In this document: positions 28,401 to 38,064 of the stretch, in pieces
Layout: the number at the start of each line of letters is the position of its first letter
Position numbering within the stretch: position 1 is the first letter of the stretch
Source: an uncultured Gammaproteobacteria bacterium
GTDB lineage: Bacteria; Patescibacteriota; Microgenomatia; Curtissbacterales; GWA2-41-24
Length of the DNA stretch: 64,000 bases
Assembly (NCBI GenBank): GCA_964492425.1
Contig: CAZBKB010000005.1
Span: 12,468 to 76,467 of the forward strand
Direction: 5' to 3'
Notes under the pieces: model-generated
The model's input: only the letters and a program-made list of their open reading frames with translations
Told to the model about the DNA's origin: nothing
Databases searched by the model: none
Program-made: the position numbers and the translations under genes

Positions 28401-29472
28401 TCTGTTTGCCACAATTGCTGCCCTTTATCCGAATGCGCCGATTTACACTTCCCTAGTCAATTGGCGCAAACTGCCCGCATCAATCGATAGAAACAGGATC
28501 CGACCCTCATTTATGCAAAAAATCCCATTTGCCGCAAGCTTTTTTAAACTCCTTTTGCCGCTTTACCCGCTAGCCTTTGAAAGTTTCGACTTTGACAACT
28601 ACGACCTTGTCATTTCTTCGACAACTCGTTTTGCCAAATCGATAATCACAAAACCCAAAACTTGTCATATTTCTTATTTAAATAGCACACCTAGATTTTT
28701 GTGGGAAGAGGACAAAAAAAATGTCTATTTGCCAAAAATTTTGCTGTTTCTCTTAAGCCCCTTTTTTCGTTGGTTAAAACGCTGGGACTTATCATCAGCC
28801 CAAAGAGTTGATTATTTTCTTGCCAATTCCCAAAACGTAAGTCAAAAAATCCTCAAAATATACAGACGAAAAAATAAAGTTATTTATCCTTTTGCCGACA
28901 CCACTTTCTTTACTCCCGATAGAATCCATAATTGGAAACTTAAAAGCAAGAATTATTACCTTATTGTTACCAGACTTGTTAAATGGAAAAAAATAGACAT
29001 CGCAATTGAGGCGGTGAATGATATAGGTGCAAATTTAATAATTATCGGTGACGGGCCTGACAAGGGGAGGCTGGAGGGAATAGCGGTCAGGGACCAGCGG
29101 TCAGGAACCAGAGATCAGGTTACTTTTATCGGCAAGATAACACGAGAGGAGCTAAAAAGCTGTTACCAGAACTGCAGGGCGCTTATTGTGACACAAGAAG
29201 AGGATTTTGGTATTGCAACTGTCGAGGCTCAAGCTTGCGGTACTCCGGTTATAGCTTATGGGAAAGGTGGCACAGTCGAGATCATCACAGACAAAAAAAC
29301 GGGTGTATTCTTTAGTTCTCAAACCATGTCTTCGCTAAAAGATGCAATTTCAACGTCTTCTAGGTTAAAATATGATAAGTTAGCTATAAGACACAATGCT
29401 CTTCGTTTCACAAAAACTAACTTTGAAAAAATATTTAAGGAAATCGTAAGACAATATGCCAAATCAGCCTGA
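28348..29472 (+). CDS. Glycosyltransferase family 4 (target gene of the cassette array)
   Basis: GTG start with no Shine-Dalgarno sequence. The N-terminus is MKIALVHDDFTQAGGAESL. GT4 C-terminal block VTQEEDFGIATVEAQACGTPVIAYGKGGTVEIITDKKTGVFF. Confidence 0.8.
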   Translation: MKIALVHDDFTQAGGAESLFATIAALYPNAPIYTSLVNWRKLPASIDRNRIRPSFMQKIPFAASFFKLLLPLYPLAFESFDFDNYDLVISSTTRFAKSIITKPKTCHISYLNSTPRFLWEEDKKNVYLPKILLFLLSPFFRWLKRWDLSSAQRVDYFLANSQNVSQKILKIYRRKNKVIYPFADTTFFTPDRIHNWKLKSKNYYLIVTRLVKWKKIDIAIEAVNDIGANLIIIGDGPDKGRLEGIAVRDQRSGTRDQVTFIGKITREELKSCYQNCRALIVTQEEDFGIATVEAQACGTPVIAYGKGGTVEIITDKKTGVFFSSQTMSSLKDAISTSSRLKYDKLAIRHNALRFTKTNFEKIFKEIVRQYAKSA

Positions 29473-30556
29473 TCTCAAAATCGCTCTTTTTTGCGGTGGT
29501 AGTGGTACCCGTATGTGGCCTATGAGTCGCAAAAATTTACCTAAACAGTTTCAACCACTTATTGAAAACACGTCTACTTTCGAAATGATGATCACGCGTC
29601 TCACTAAAAAGTATCCGCACTCAAGCATATTCCCAGTAACAACCAGAGATAATGTTCAATGGATAGTAAAACTCGCCCCTGAAATTCCGCTGGAAAATAT
29701 CATTATTGAACCTGAGGTGAGAGATACAGCAGCAGCGGTTGGACTATCAGCCGCAGTTCTTGATAAAAAATTTGACAACCCTAATGTTCTCGGCCTTTGG
29801 AGTGATCACGTTGTAAGAAACGAAGAAGAATTTATAAGGGCTATTGAGCTTGCAAACGAAACAGCAAACGAGATGGACAAGTTTATAGAAATTGGTGTGC
29901 GCCCCACATTCCCCAGTGTCGCATTAGGATATTTAAAAGTCGGCAAGATGATTAAAAGATCAAACGGTATGGGCATTTTTGAATTTGTCACCCAAATAGA
30001 AAAGCCTGCTTACAAAGATGCTAAAAAATTTGTGGAATCTTGGGAATACCTTTGGCATATTGGCTATGCTCTTTGGTCAGCCAAAAAGATGCTTGGCTAT
30101 TATGAAAGATTTTTCAAGGAAGGCTGGGAACCTCTCATAAAAATACAAAAAGCCTGGGGAACACCTGATCAGGAGAAAATATTACAGAGAGAATATATCA
30201 ATATACCCAAAAACTCTATCGACTTTGCTGTTAATTCCCACCTAACAGGGGAGGATCAAATTGTTATTTCTACAGATCTCGGCTGGCGTGATGTTGGCAC
30301 TTGGAATGAGTTAAAAGATGAAATGGCGGCTAACCCTCGCGACAATATTATTCAGGGTGATGTAATAGATTTGGATCTGAAAGACTGCCTTGTTTACTCA
30401 TCACACAAACAAAAAATTATCGCGGCAATTGGTCTTGAGGGGCTGATAATTGTAGATACAGAGGACGCACTCTTGATCTGCCCAAAAGATAGGACTCAAG
30501 ATGTTAAGCAAATTATTGACAAACTCAAAGAGAGTAAAAGAGAAAGTCACCTTTAA
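29456..30556 (+). CDS. manC: Mannose-1-phosphate guanylyltransferase (NTP_transferase family)
   Basis: N-terminal KIALFCGGSGTRMWPMSRKNLPKQF (GGxGTRLWPLS signature). About 360 aa. It overlaps the upstream GT by 17 nt. Confidence 0.7.
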   Translation: MPNQPDLKIALFCGGSGTRMWPMSRKNLPKQFQPLIENTSTFEMMITRLTKKYPHSSIFPVTTRDNVQWIVKLAPEIPLENIIIEPEVRDTAAAVGLSAAVLDKKFDNPNVLGLWSDHVVRNEEEFIRAIELANETANEMDKFIEIGVRPTFPSVALGYLKVGKMIKRSNGMGIFEFVTQIEKPAYKDAKKFVESWEYLWHIGYALWSAKKMLGYYERFFKEGWEPLIKIQKAWGTPDQEKILQREYINIPKNSIDFAVNSHLTGEDQIVISTDLGWRDVGTWNELKDEMAANPRDNIIQGDVIDLDLKDCLVYSSHKQKIIAAIGLEGLIIVDTEDALLICPKDRTQDVKQIIDKLKESKRESHL

Positions 30557-30565
30557 TTCCACTGC

Positions 30566-31216
30566 ATGTTTTACGACTTCACAAAAAGAATAATTGATAT
30601 TGTTGGAAGTATAATTGCACTTTTGATCGTCTCCCCTGTATTTGTTACTTTCGCAGTACTGGTTAAAATCACATCGACTGGCCCTATTTTTTACACACCA
30701 GTTAGAGTAGGCAAAGACGGAAGGCCTTTTAAAATGCTGAAATTTAGAAGTATGCAAATGTATAAAATCGGCGGAGTTTTAGTCCATGCTCAGAAATATC
30801 TTGACACAAACCCAAAGCTTAAAAAGGAGTATCAAAAAAATAGTTTCAAACTTACAAATGATCCGCGAGTTACGCCGATTGGGAAAATACTACGTAGGTT
30901 TTCAATAGATGAATTACCACAACTTATTAATATACTTACAGGAGACATGTCGCTGGTTGGCCCACGAGCATATCAGCAGGATGAGCTGCTTCATCAGCAA
31001 AAAGTTTATCCCAATACCGCAAAGTTCGTTAAAATCATTCTGAATGCCCGCCCGGGGGCATCCGGTCCCTGGCAGGTTTCCGGTAGATCATTTATTAACT
31101 TTGACACTAGAGTTCAAATGGATGCAACTTATGTTAAAAGAAGATCCACTCTCTACGATTTTTGGATAATCATCAGGACGCCGATTGCCATGATAACCGG
31201 AACAGGTGCCGTTTAA
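30566..31216 (+). CDS. Initiating phosphoglycosyl transferase (Bac_transf family, PglC/WbaP C-domain-like)
   Basis: IIDIVGSIIALLIVSPVF (re-entrant helix), RPFKMLKFRSM, and DELPQLINILTGDMSLVGPRA (conserved catalytic DE and PRP region). Confidence 0.75.
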   Translation: MFYDFTKRIIDIVGSIIALLIVSPVFVTFAVLVKITSTGPIFYTPVRVGKDGRPFKMLKFRSMQMYKIGGVLVHAQKYLDTNPKLKKEYQKNSFKLTNDPRVTPIGKILRRFSIDELPQLINILTGDMSLVGPRAYQQDELLHQQKVYPNTAKFVKIILNARPGASGPWQVSGRSFINFDTRVQMDATYVKRRSTLYDFWIIIRTPIAMITGTGAV

Positions 31217-33022
31217 ATGAAAAAGTATAAGAGAATAATTCTAATATTAATCTTATTATTTTTCTTTTTTGGGGTATTTACCGCATTTAGTTTGTTTAAT
31301 GCTTACAAATCAGCAAAACACGTCTCTGCCGCTCTTAATTCTCAAGACCTTGATGCTGCTAAAAATTCTATAAAAAAGGCAAGAAATGAGCTCAAGATGG
31401 CCAATACGGCACTTATCGTCTTTACCCCGCTCAGATTCGTACCTCTGGTTGGTTGGTATATAGCAGATGTCCAGCGTGGTACATATGCCGCGGTTGCCAC
31501 TCTCGATGCGGCACAAGTTATGGCAGAAGCAATTACACCTTACGCGGACATTCTAGGCCTTAGGGGTCAAGGCACTTTTTTAGGTGGCACAGCCCAGGAG
31601 CGTGTTGCCAGTATCATTGAGACACTTTCCAAAGTTTCACCGCAGCTTAATGAAATTGGAGACAATTTAAAAGAAGCAAAGGATCAAATTAGTAAAATCC
31701 AAGCATGGAAATATCCGAATTTTCTACCTGGCAGACCAAAAGATAAAATAGAATCTGCCCAAACCGCCATTATTCAGTTTGAAACTTTAATAGTAGATGC
31801 CAAGCCTTTCATAGAGGTCTTGCCTGAAATAATGGGCCAAGGTAGTGAGAAAACTTATCTTGTACTGTTGCAAAACGACAAGGAGTTACGGCCAACAGGA
31901 GGCTTTATTACAGCATATGCAATACTGAAGGTTAACAAAGGTGATGTAAAAATAGAGCTTTCTGAAGATATTTATAAACTCGACGATACCCTAACAAAAA
32001 GAGTTGCGGCACCAGACCATATAAAAAAATACTTAGAGGTGCAGTCACTTAACTTGCGCGACTCAAATATATCACCAGATTATTTGTCATCCATCAAACT
32101 TTTTGAAGACCTTTACCAATACAGTACTGCGAAAAAGCAATATGAAGGTATTATCGCTTTGAATACAAACTTTGTCCTTAAAATGATAAAAGCGCTTGGG
32201 CCAATTGAGATTGATGGCACTAAATATACTGCGGAGGTAATAGACGAATGCGCCTGTCCGCAAATTATTTATCAGCTAGAACAATACACTGGGCAGCCTA
32301 CGCCTTTCCAAAGGGAAGACAGAAAGGGTATCATTGGCGTTCTTATGCAGCAGCTTCTGGCAAAAACTTTTGAAGCACCCCAGTCTACTTGGCCAGATAT
32401 TTTAGGAGCGGTTGTATCTTCACTTCAGGAAAAAGACCTGCTACTTTATTTTGAAAATATCTCAACCCAAGAGGCAGTTGAAAAAGTTAATTTTGCTGGC
32501 CGCATTTATCAATACGACAGTGATTTTTTACACATCAACGAAAGTAATCTTGGTGGAGCAAAATCGAACATTTACATAAAGGAAAAAGTTAAACAGGAAA
32601 TAAAAAGAGATAAAGATATTACTATAAAGAAAGTGACTATCGAATATAAATATCCTCGCAAAATGGACAACTGTAGCCTGGAGCGCAAAGGTGGTCTTTG
32701 TCTTGCCGGAATTTACAGAGACTGGATTCGTCTTTATGTTCCCAAGGGTTCAAAGATCATCGCAGCGAATGGAAGCGAAGCTCCCCTAGAAACCTATGAC
32801 GAGCTAGGCAAAACTGTGTTTGAAGGTTTTTTAACTGTGCGTCCCGAAGGTACTGCCAAATTTGAAATAGAATATTCACTGCCGATTGAGTTCTCAAAGG
32901 AGTATAAACTTCTCGTGCAAAAACAACCAGGGGCTCCGGCACATGAATACGAAATAAATGCTTTTGGCAAAAGAATATCATTCCCCCTTAATACTGATAA
33001 AGAATTTATTGCAAAAATTTAA
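31217..33022 (+). CDS. Membrane-anchored extracytoplasmic protein (601 aa), possibly DUF4012 family
   Basis: Single N-terminal TM followed by a large soluble domain. The size, architecture and position next to a phosphoglycosyl transferase resemble DUF4012 proteins. The family call is from memory and is not motif-verified. Confidence 0.35.
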   Translation: MKKYKRIILILILLFFFFGVFTAFSLFNAYKSAKHVSAALNSQDLDAAKNSIKKARNELKMANTALIVFTPLRFVPLVGWYIADVQRGTYAAVATLDAAQVMAEAITPYADILGLRGQGTFLGGTAQERVASIIETLSKVSPQLNEIGDNLKEAKDQISKIQAWKYPNFLPGRPKDKIESAQTAIIQFETLIVDAKPFIEVLPEIMGQGSEKTYLVLLQNDKELRPTGGFITAYAILKVNKGDVKIELSEDIYKLDDTLTKRVAAPDHIKKYLEVQSLNLRDSNISPDYLSSIKLFEDLYQYSTAKKQYEGIIALNTNFVLKMIKALGPIEIDGTKYTAEVIDECACPQIIYQLEQYTGQPTPFQREDRKGIIGVLMQQLLAKTFEAPQSTWPDILGAVVSSLQEKDLLLYFENISTQEAVEKVNFAGRIYQYDSDFLHINESNLGGAKSNIYIKEKVKQEIKRDKDITIKKVTIEYKYPRKMDNCSLERKGGLCLAGIYRDWIRLYVPKGSKIIAANGSEAPLETYDELGKTVFEGFLTVRPEGTAKFEIEYSLPIEFSKEYKLLVQKQPGAPAHEYEINAFGKRISFPLNTDKEFIAKI

Positions 33023-33028
33023 CATTTT

Positions 33029-33661
33029 ATGAATTTTAAATCAGAGGGAATTGTTCTCAGTAGAAAAAGTTTTCAGGAGGCAGATAGACTGGTTACCTTT
33101 TATACTAGAGATTACGGCAAAATTACCTGTATCGCCAAAGGTGTTAAAAGACCAAAATCAAGAAAAGCTGGACACTTGGAGCTTGCAACTTACTGTACTA
33201 TTTTTGTGGTCAAAGGCAAGAACATGGATATATTAACTGAAGTTGAAACTAAAAAAGCCTTTGGTCTGGAAAATCTTCCCAGCCAAAAAACGAATGAGAT
33301 ATATCATTTACTGGAACTTATTGACAACTTAACACCCACAAATCAAAAGAACAAAGAAGTCTTTGACTTGCTTGTAAGCTTTTTAAAAGTTATAAAAGAA
33401 AACAACAATTACGAGCTTCTTCTTGTTGCATTTAAAATCAAACTCTTGTCTATGCTTGGCTTTTTCTCCAGTAAAAATTTAAAAGATTCAAAATCTAAAG
33501 ATTTGCTGCAAAACTTTGAAACAAAAGACTTACAAACACTTCATAAAAAATTTAAAACAGGCTATAAATATTTGAAACTTTTAGCGTTTCTTGATAGCAT
33601 TATTGAAAAGATAACAGAGCGGAAACTTAAAACAAGTCGCTTTATACATGCCCAAATCTAA
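33029..33661 (+). CDS. recO: DNA repair protein RecO (short form)
   Basis: N-terminal OB-fold signature SEGIVLSRKSFQEADRLVTFYTRDYGKITCIAKGVKR... then HLLELID. 210 aa. Confidence 0.6.
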   Translation: MNFKSEGIVLSRKSFQEADRLVTFYTRDYGKITCIAKGVKRPKSRKAGHLELATYCTIFVVKGKNMDILTEVETKKAFGLENLPSQKTNEIYHLLELIDNLTPTNQKNKEVFDLLVSFLKVIKENNNYELLLVAFKIKLLSMLGFFSSKNLKDSKSKDLLQNFETKDLQTLHKKFKTGYKYLKLLAFLDSIIEKITERKLKTSRFIHAQI

Positions 33662-34487
33662 AAGAAATCTTTACATTCTTGCTGCAGCGGCATTTGTTTT
33701 TATTTTTGCAGCAATATATTTTTTATTTGTTTTTCAAAAATCTCCAAAATTATCAAAAGTTGATAGATCAGCCTTTGAAGTAAAATCAATAATAGACATA
33801 GAAGTTACAAAAAGGCCTTTTGTAACACTTACCCCTACAGCACCTGGTGCAGAAATCATTATCTCCATAGAAAATATGAGCGAGTTTGATAATATTGAAT
33901 ACGAACTTACATACTTAGCAGATAATCCTCAAATTCCAGGAGAAAAGATTCAAAGAGGCTCAACTGGAATTGATGTTGACACAAAATCGCCCAAATATAA
34001 GAAATCGATGCTGCTGGGAACTGCCTCAAGAGGGGTATCCAATCCAGACAGGGGGATAGAGGAGGGTAAATTAACACTTCATATGTTCAAAGGTAATACT
34101 GAATACCAATCAGAAACTCCGTGGTATTTATTCGAGATAGGCCTTACTACAACCGAAATCTCAACACCTGATGGCAATTTAAGTATAAAAACCCCTAAAC
34201 TAACTAAAGATTATTTTGCGATTGTGTCAGATACGGTTGGTCTTCCTCCAGAAGGGGACATTGATAAGGGTAAAGCAGAATTACCAATTTATGGGGTCTT
34301 TTCAACTACTCCTAAATTCACCCAAAAAGCAGATCTTACACTTAGGGTAAAAGGTCAAAATTCAAAACTTTATATCTATAACAATCAAAATAACACTTGG
34401 GGTAATATTGACTCAACTCAAGCGGGAGAGAACATCAAAGCCAAAATTGAAATTTTCTCAACATATGTGGTAGTCTCCCAAAAATGA
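33648..34487 (+). CDS. Membrane-anchored hypothetical protein (signal-anchor plus beta-rich ectodomain)
   Basis: N-terminal hydrophobic anchor (ILAAAAFVFIFAAIYFLFVF). No recognisable domain. Confidence 0.4.
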   Translation: MPKSKRNLYILAAAAFVFIFAAIYFLFVFQKSPKLSKVDRSAFEVKSIIDIEVTKRPFVTLTPTAPGAEIIISIENMSEFDNIEYELTYLADNPQIPGEKIQRGSTGIDVDTKSPKYKKSMLLGTASRGVSNPDRGIEEGKLTLHMFKGNTEYQSETPWYLFEIGLTTTEISTPDGNLSIKTPKLTKDYFAIVSDTVGLPPEGDIDKGKAELPIYGVFSTTPKFTQKADLTLRVKGQNSKLYIYNNQNNTWGNIDSTQAGENIKAKIEIFSTYVVVSQK

Positions 34488-35788
34488 CATTAGACAAGAT
34501 CGTCTCCTTTGCAAAAAGGCGTGGTTTTATTTACCCCGGTTCGGAAATATATGGCGGCCTTGGCGGTACATGGGATTATGGTCCTCTTGGTGTCGAGCTT
34601 AAGAACAACATCAAACGCGAATTTTGGAAATCCATGATCAACCTGCGCGAAGATGTTGTTGGTCTTGACGCTGCAATTATCATGAACCCAAAAGTATGGG
34701 AGGCATCAGGCCATATTCAGGCCTTTACCGATCCGTTGGTAGAATGCAAAATCTGCCACTCCCGCCTCAGGGCTGACCAGTTAGAAGAAATCCAAAGTCA
34801 CGAAGAAAATCACCAAGAAAAAGAAATTGTGTGGACCAATCCAAAAAAATTTAATTTACTTGTGGAGGCAAAGCTCGGAGTTGTGGAGAATTCAAAACAA
34901 AAAGTTTATCTTCGTGGGGAAATTACCCAAGGTGTTCATGTTAATTTTAAAAACGTTCTTGACTCAACCCGAGTTTCGATACCCTTTGGTATTGCACAAA
35001 TTGGAAAAGCTTTCAGAAACGAAATCACACCCGGTAATTTTACTTTCCGCTCGCGGGAATTTGAACAAATGGAACTGCAGTATTACATCAGACCCGAGGA
35101 GCAGGAATCTAAAAAATGGTACAAATACTGGAAAGAAGAACGAATGAAATGGTATCTCTCACTTGGGATGACCAAGAATAGTCTGCGATTCCGGCAGCAC
35201 GAAGAAAGCGAACGGGCACATTATGCTCTGGATGCTTGGGATATAGAGTACAATTCACCATTCGGCTGGAAAGAATTTGAGGGAATTCATCACCGTGGTG
35301 ATTGGGATCTCAAACGTCATCAAGAGTATTCCGGTCAGGATCTCACTTATTTCGACCAAGAATCTGGCAAAAAGTACTTGCCATACATCATTGAAACATC
35401 CGGTGGAGTAGACCGTGCAGCTTTATTTTTCTTATTAGATGCTTACAGTGAAGATAAAGATAGGATAGTTCTCAAACTTAATCCAAAGCTTGCCCCATAC
35501 AAAGCGGCAGTCTTTCCGCTCCTTGCAAACAAAAGCCAGCTGGTTAAAAAAGCAAGAAGTGTCTACCAGAAACTTAAAATATCGAATATTGGACCAGTTG
35601 CCTGGGACGACCGCGGTAATATCGGTAAACGTTACTTCGCCCAAGATGAGGCAGGAACGCCTTTCTGTATCACCATTGATTTTGAAACGCTAGAAGATGA
35701 TTCGGTCACAATCCGTGACCGCGACAGCGCCAGGCAAGAAAGAATAAAAATTTCTGAAATCAAAGTTCGCGTAGAAAAAAGTCTTTAA
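34484..35788 (+). CDS. glyQS: Glycine--tRNA ligase (alpha2 dimeric type)
   Basis: MTLDKIVSFAKRRGFIYPGSEIYGGLGGTWDYGPLGVELKNNIK matches the GlyRS N-terminus. Class II motifs are present. 434 aa. Confidence 0.85.
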   Translation: MTLDKIVSFAKRRGFIYPGSEIYGGLGGTWDYGPLGVELKNNIKREFWKSMINLREDVVGLDAAIIMNPKVWEASGHIQAFTDPLVECKICHSRLRADQLEEIQSHEENHQEKEIVWTNPKKFNLLVEAKLGVVENSKQKVYLRGEITQGVHVNFKNVLDSTRVSIPFGIAQIGKAFRNEITPGNFTFRSREFEQMELQYYIRPEEQESKKWYKYWKEERMKWYLSLGMTKNSLRFRQHEESERAHYALDAWDIEYNSPFGWKEFEGIHHRGDWDLKRHQEYSGQDLTYFDQESGKKYLPYIIETSGGVDRAALFFLLDAYSEDKDRIVLKLNPKLAPYKAAVFPLLANKSQLVKKARSVYQKLKISNIGPVAWDDRGNIGKRYFAQDEAGTPFCITIDFETLEDDSVTIRDRDSARQERIKISEIKVRVEKSL

Positions 35789-35871
35789 TTCTCTAGGTTC
35801 TAATTAAGGGACGGGTTGACTAACAGAATGTATCTTATCATACTGGTACCAGCACAAAAGCTAAAAAACTT

Positions 35872-37473
35872 GTGGCAACAATCCAAAATTTTGATTTAGA
35901 CGATAAACCATATGACCATTGCGGGATTGCGGCAGCTTTAGTCAAAGAGGGTATCAACGCTTCAAACATAGTTGTAGAAATGGGCAAAGCTCTCCAGCAC
36001 AGAGGCCAAAACGGTGGAGGACTTGGAGTAAAAGCGCAGGGCAAACTTCTCAAAATATATAAAAAAACACAAGCTTTCAACGAAATATTCCGCTCTGTAG
36101 AAGTCATTGAAGAGAATTCCTTAAGGGGTGAGCTTGCACTAGCTCACCTGAGATATCCAACCGAAGGTGCAAGTCGCGAAAATTGTGACGCCCAGCCATT
36201 TTTTGCTTCATATGGCGGTTGGGAAATTGCCCTTGGTCATAACGGGAGTATAGTTGATGTCAAACGGCACAAAAACAAACTCAAGAAATTCAATATAAAA
36301 ACCGATTCCGATTCTGACAGCGAAATCCTTGCATGGCTTATTGTGACAGCTCCCGGAATCACTTGGAAGCAAAAAGTTTCAACTGCCCTAGCCGACGTCA
36401 AAGGGGCTTATTCCCTGGCAATGATCACAAATGACGATAAGCTGTTGGCTCTTCGCGACCCATGGGGTATCAGACCTCTTGTCTGGACCCAAGACAACGG
36501 ACATGTCTTTGTAGCATCAGAAACTTGTGCCCTCGATAGAATAAGTATCAGAAATAGTCAAAAACTTGATGCAGGAAAACTCTTGATTGCAGACAAGGAT
36601 GGCGTGACAATTACAGATTATACTTTGGCGCAAAAACAAAGCTTTTGCGTATTTGAAAAACTTTACTTCTCAAATGAAACCTCAACCTGGGACGGTGTAA
36701 TTGGTGAAAATAGAGAAGCTTTAGGGCAGGAACTTGCCAGACAAGAAATAAGATTGCTTGAAAAAGGAGAAATTAAAAAGGAAGTATTTAATAAGATAGA
36801 TTATATTGTTGCAGTTCCGGATACTGCGCGACCAGGGGCATTTGCCTTCTATGAAACATTAAAGCACGAATTGCCTGCAATGCCAAAATTTAGGTACTTC
36901 AGAGGTCTTGTTAAAGAAAGATACGATTACGCAAAAAGAACATTTATAGAGGATGATCCATTTCTTAGAAAGCGTCACATAGAAAAAAAGTTTTTCGTTT
37001 CCCCAACCATAATAGGCAAATCTATTTATCTTATAGATGATACTGCAGTAAGACTTAATACATATAAAATCTTAGTCGAGCATTTACTTAAAATCGGGGT
37101 TATGGAGATTCATTGTAGATTCCTAGCACCAAAGTTTGTAAATCCATGTTTTTTAGGAGTTAATATAGGTTCTCGAGATGAATTAGGGGCTGTTAAAAAA
37201 GACAAAAATGGCAAATATACAATATTTAGTGATGAAGCAATAAGAAAGATGCTAAACGTTGCATCAGTCAAATATCTTTCTATACAAGGTTTAGCCAAAT
37301 CTCTAGGTTTAACACAGGAAGAAATGCAAGAAAGTCATTGTACAGGTTGCCTTAACTACCATAACCCTTTCGACATGAGACAGTTTGATAAGGAATATAA
37401 AAATACGCCATACGCTGTGAAAGGACCAGCAGAAACTAAGCTCCAAATTTACTCACAGGTTCAAGCAATTTAG
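35872..37473 (+). CDS. purF: Amidophosphoribosyltransferase PurF ([4Fe-4S] type with N-terminal propeptide)
   Basis: Collinear with B. subtilis PurF. Nucleophile Cys in YDHCGIAA, followed by LQHRGQNGGG, LALAHLRY, ALGHNGSIVD, TDSDSEILAWLI, RPLVWTQDNGHVFVASETCALD, the PRTase loop IYLIDDTAVRLNT, and the cluster cysteines PCFLG and CTGCLNYHNP. Confidence 0.8.
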   Translation: MATIQNFDLDDKPYDHCGIAAALVKEGINASNIVVEMGKALQHRGQNGGGLGVKAQGKLLKIYKKTQAFNEIFRSVEVIEENSLRGELALAHLRYPTEGASRENCDAQPFFASYGGWEIALGHNGSIVDVKRHKNKLKKFNIKTDSDSDSEILAWLIVTAPGITWKQKVSTALADVKGAYSLAMITNDDKLLALRDPWGIRPLVWTQDNGHVFVASETCALDRISIRNSQKLDAGKLLIADKDGVTITDYTLAQKQSFCVFEKLYFSNETSTWDGVIGENREALGQELARQEIRLLEKGEIKKEVFNKIDYIVAVPDTARPGAFAFYETLKHELPAMPKFRYFRGLVKERYDYAKRTFIEDDPFLRKRHIEKKFFVSPTIIGKSIYLIDDTAVRLNTYKILVEHLLKIGVMEIHCRFLAPKFVNPCFLGVNIGSRDELGAVKKDKNGKYTIFSDEAIRKMLNVASVKYLSIQGLAKSLGLTQEEMQESHCTGCLNYHNPFDMRQFDKEYKNTPYAVKGPAETKLQIYSQVQAI

Positions 37474-37533
37474 TACTCAGATTTTTAAAGTTCTAATAGT
37501 AGCTTAAAACACCCATTGACAATCGAATAAAAA

Positions 37534-37569
37534 TGGTGAAAAATGGTTATAGATGGTGAATATTGGTGA
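37534..37569 (+). promoter_or_regulatory. Candidate MraZ operator: four direct TGGT(G/T)A repeats with exact 10-bp phasing upstream of mraZ
   Basis: tggtga 37534-37539, tggtta 37544-37549, tggtga 37554-37559 and tggtga 37564-37569. A ttgaca hexamer lies at 37516-37521. mraZ starts at 37663. Confidence 0.55.
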
Positions 37570-37662
37570 TTCTGAATAATATAGAACACCAATTAAGCCC
37601 CGATAGCTTAGCTGCCCGGGTGTTTTACTAGCCTCTTCGAGAAAAGGTTGTAAGGGATTCCA

Positions 37663-38064
37663 ATGTTTTTGGGCAGCTATGTACCTTCGTTTGATTTAAC
37701 TACGAGAAGGATTGCTTTGCCAAAAAAAATACGTGACTATCTTGCGACAAGTGAAATCATACTATCCTACGGCTTCGATAAATGCCTGTTTGGCTTTGAT
37801 ATTAAATCCTGGCAACAAGAGGCAAACAAACAGCTTAATTTACCGCTTACCGACAAACGCTCACGCAATATTCGCCGATTCTTCTTTTCTTCAGCAATCC
37901 GTATCATGCTTGATGATCAAGGCCGTTTTGTCATACCTCTTGCTTTATTGGAGTATGCGCAAATAAAAGAACCAGTAATTACTGGTTCTGGAGATCATTT
38001 TGAAATTTGGGATCAACAGATTTGGAAAGAACAACTGAAAAAGATAACAGCGCAAGAGACATGA
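37663..38064 (+). CDS. mraZ: Transcriptional regulator MraZ
   Basis: First gene of the dcw cluster. Duplicated MraZ/SpoVT-AbrB-like halves with LDDQGRFVIPLALLEYA (DxxxR-type motif). 133 aa. Confidence 0.8.
   Translation: MFLGSYVPSFDLTTRRIALPKKIRDYLATSEIILSYGFDKCLFGFDIKSWQQEANKQLNLPLTDKRSRNIRRFFFSSAIRIMLDDQGRFVIPLALLEYAQIKEPVITGSGDHFEIWDQQIWKEQLKKITAQET

Noticed and set aside
38007-38060. N-terminal extension of rsmH from ATG 38007
   Set aside because: It would overlap mraZ by 58 nt. ATG 38061 gives the typical MraW N-terminus (MIRFHTSVLL) and an ATGA overlap.
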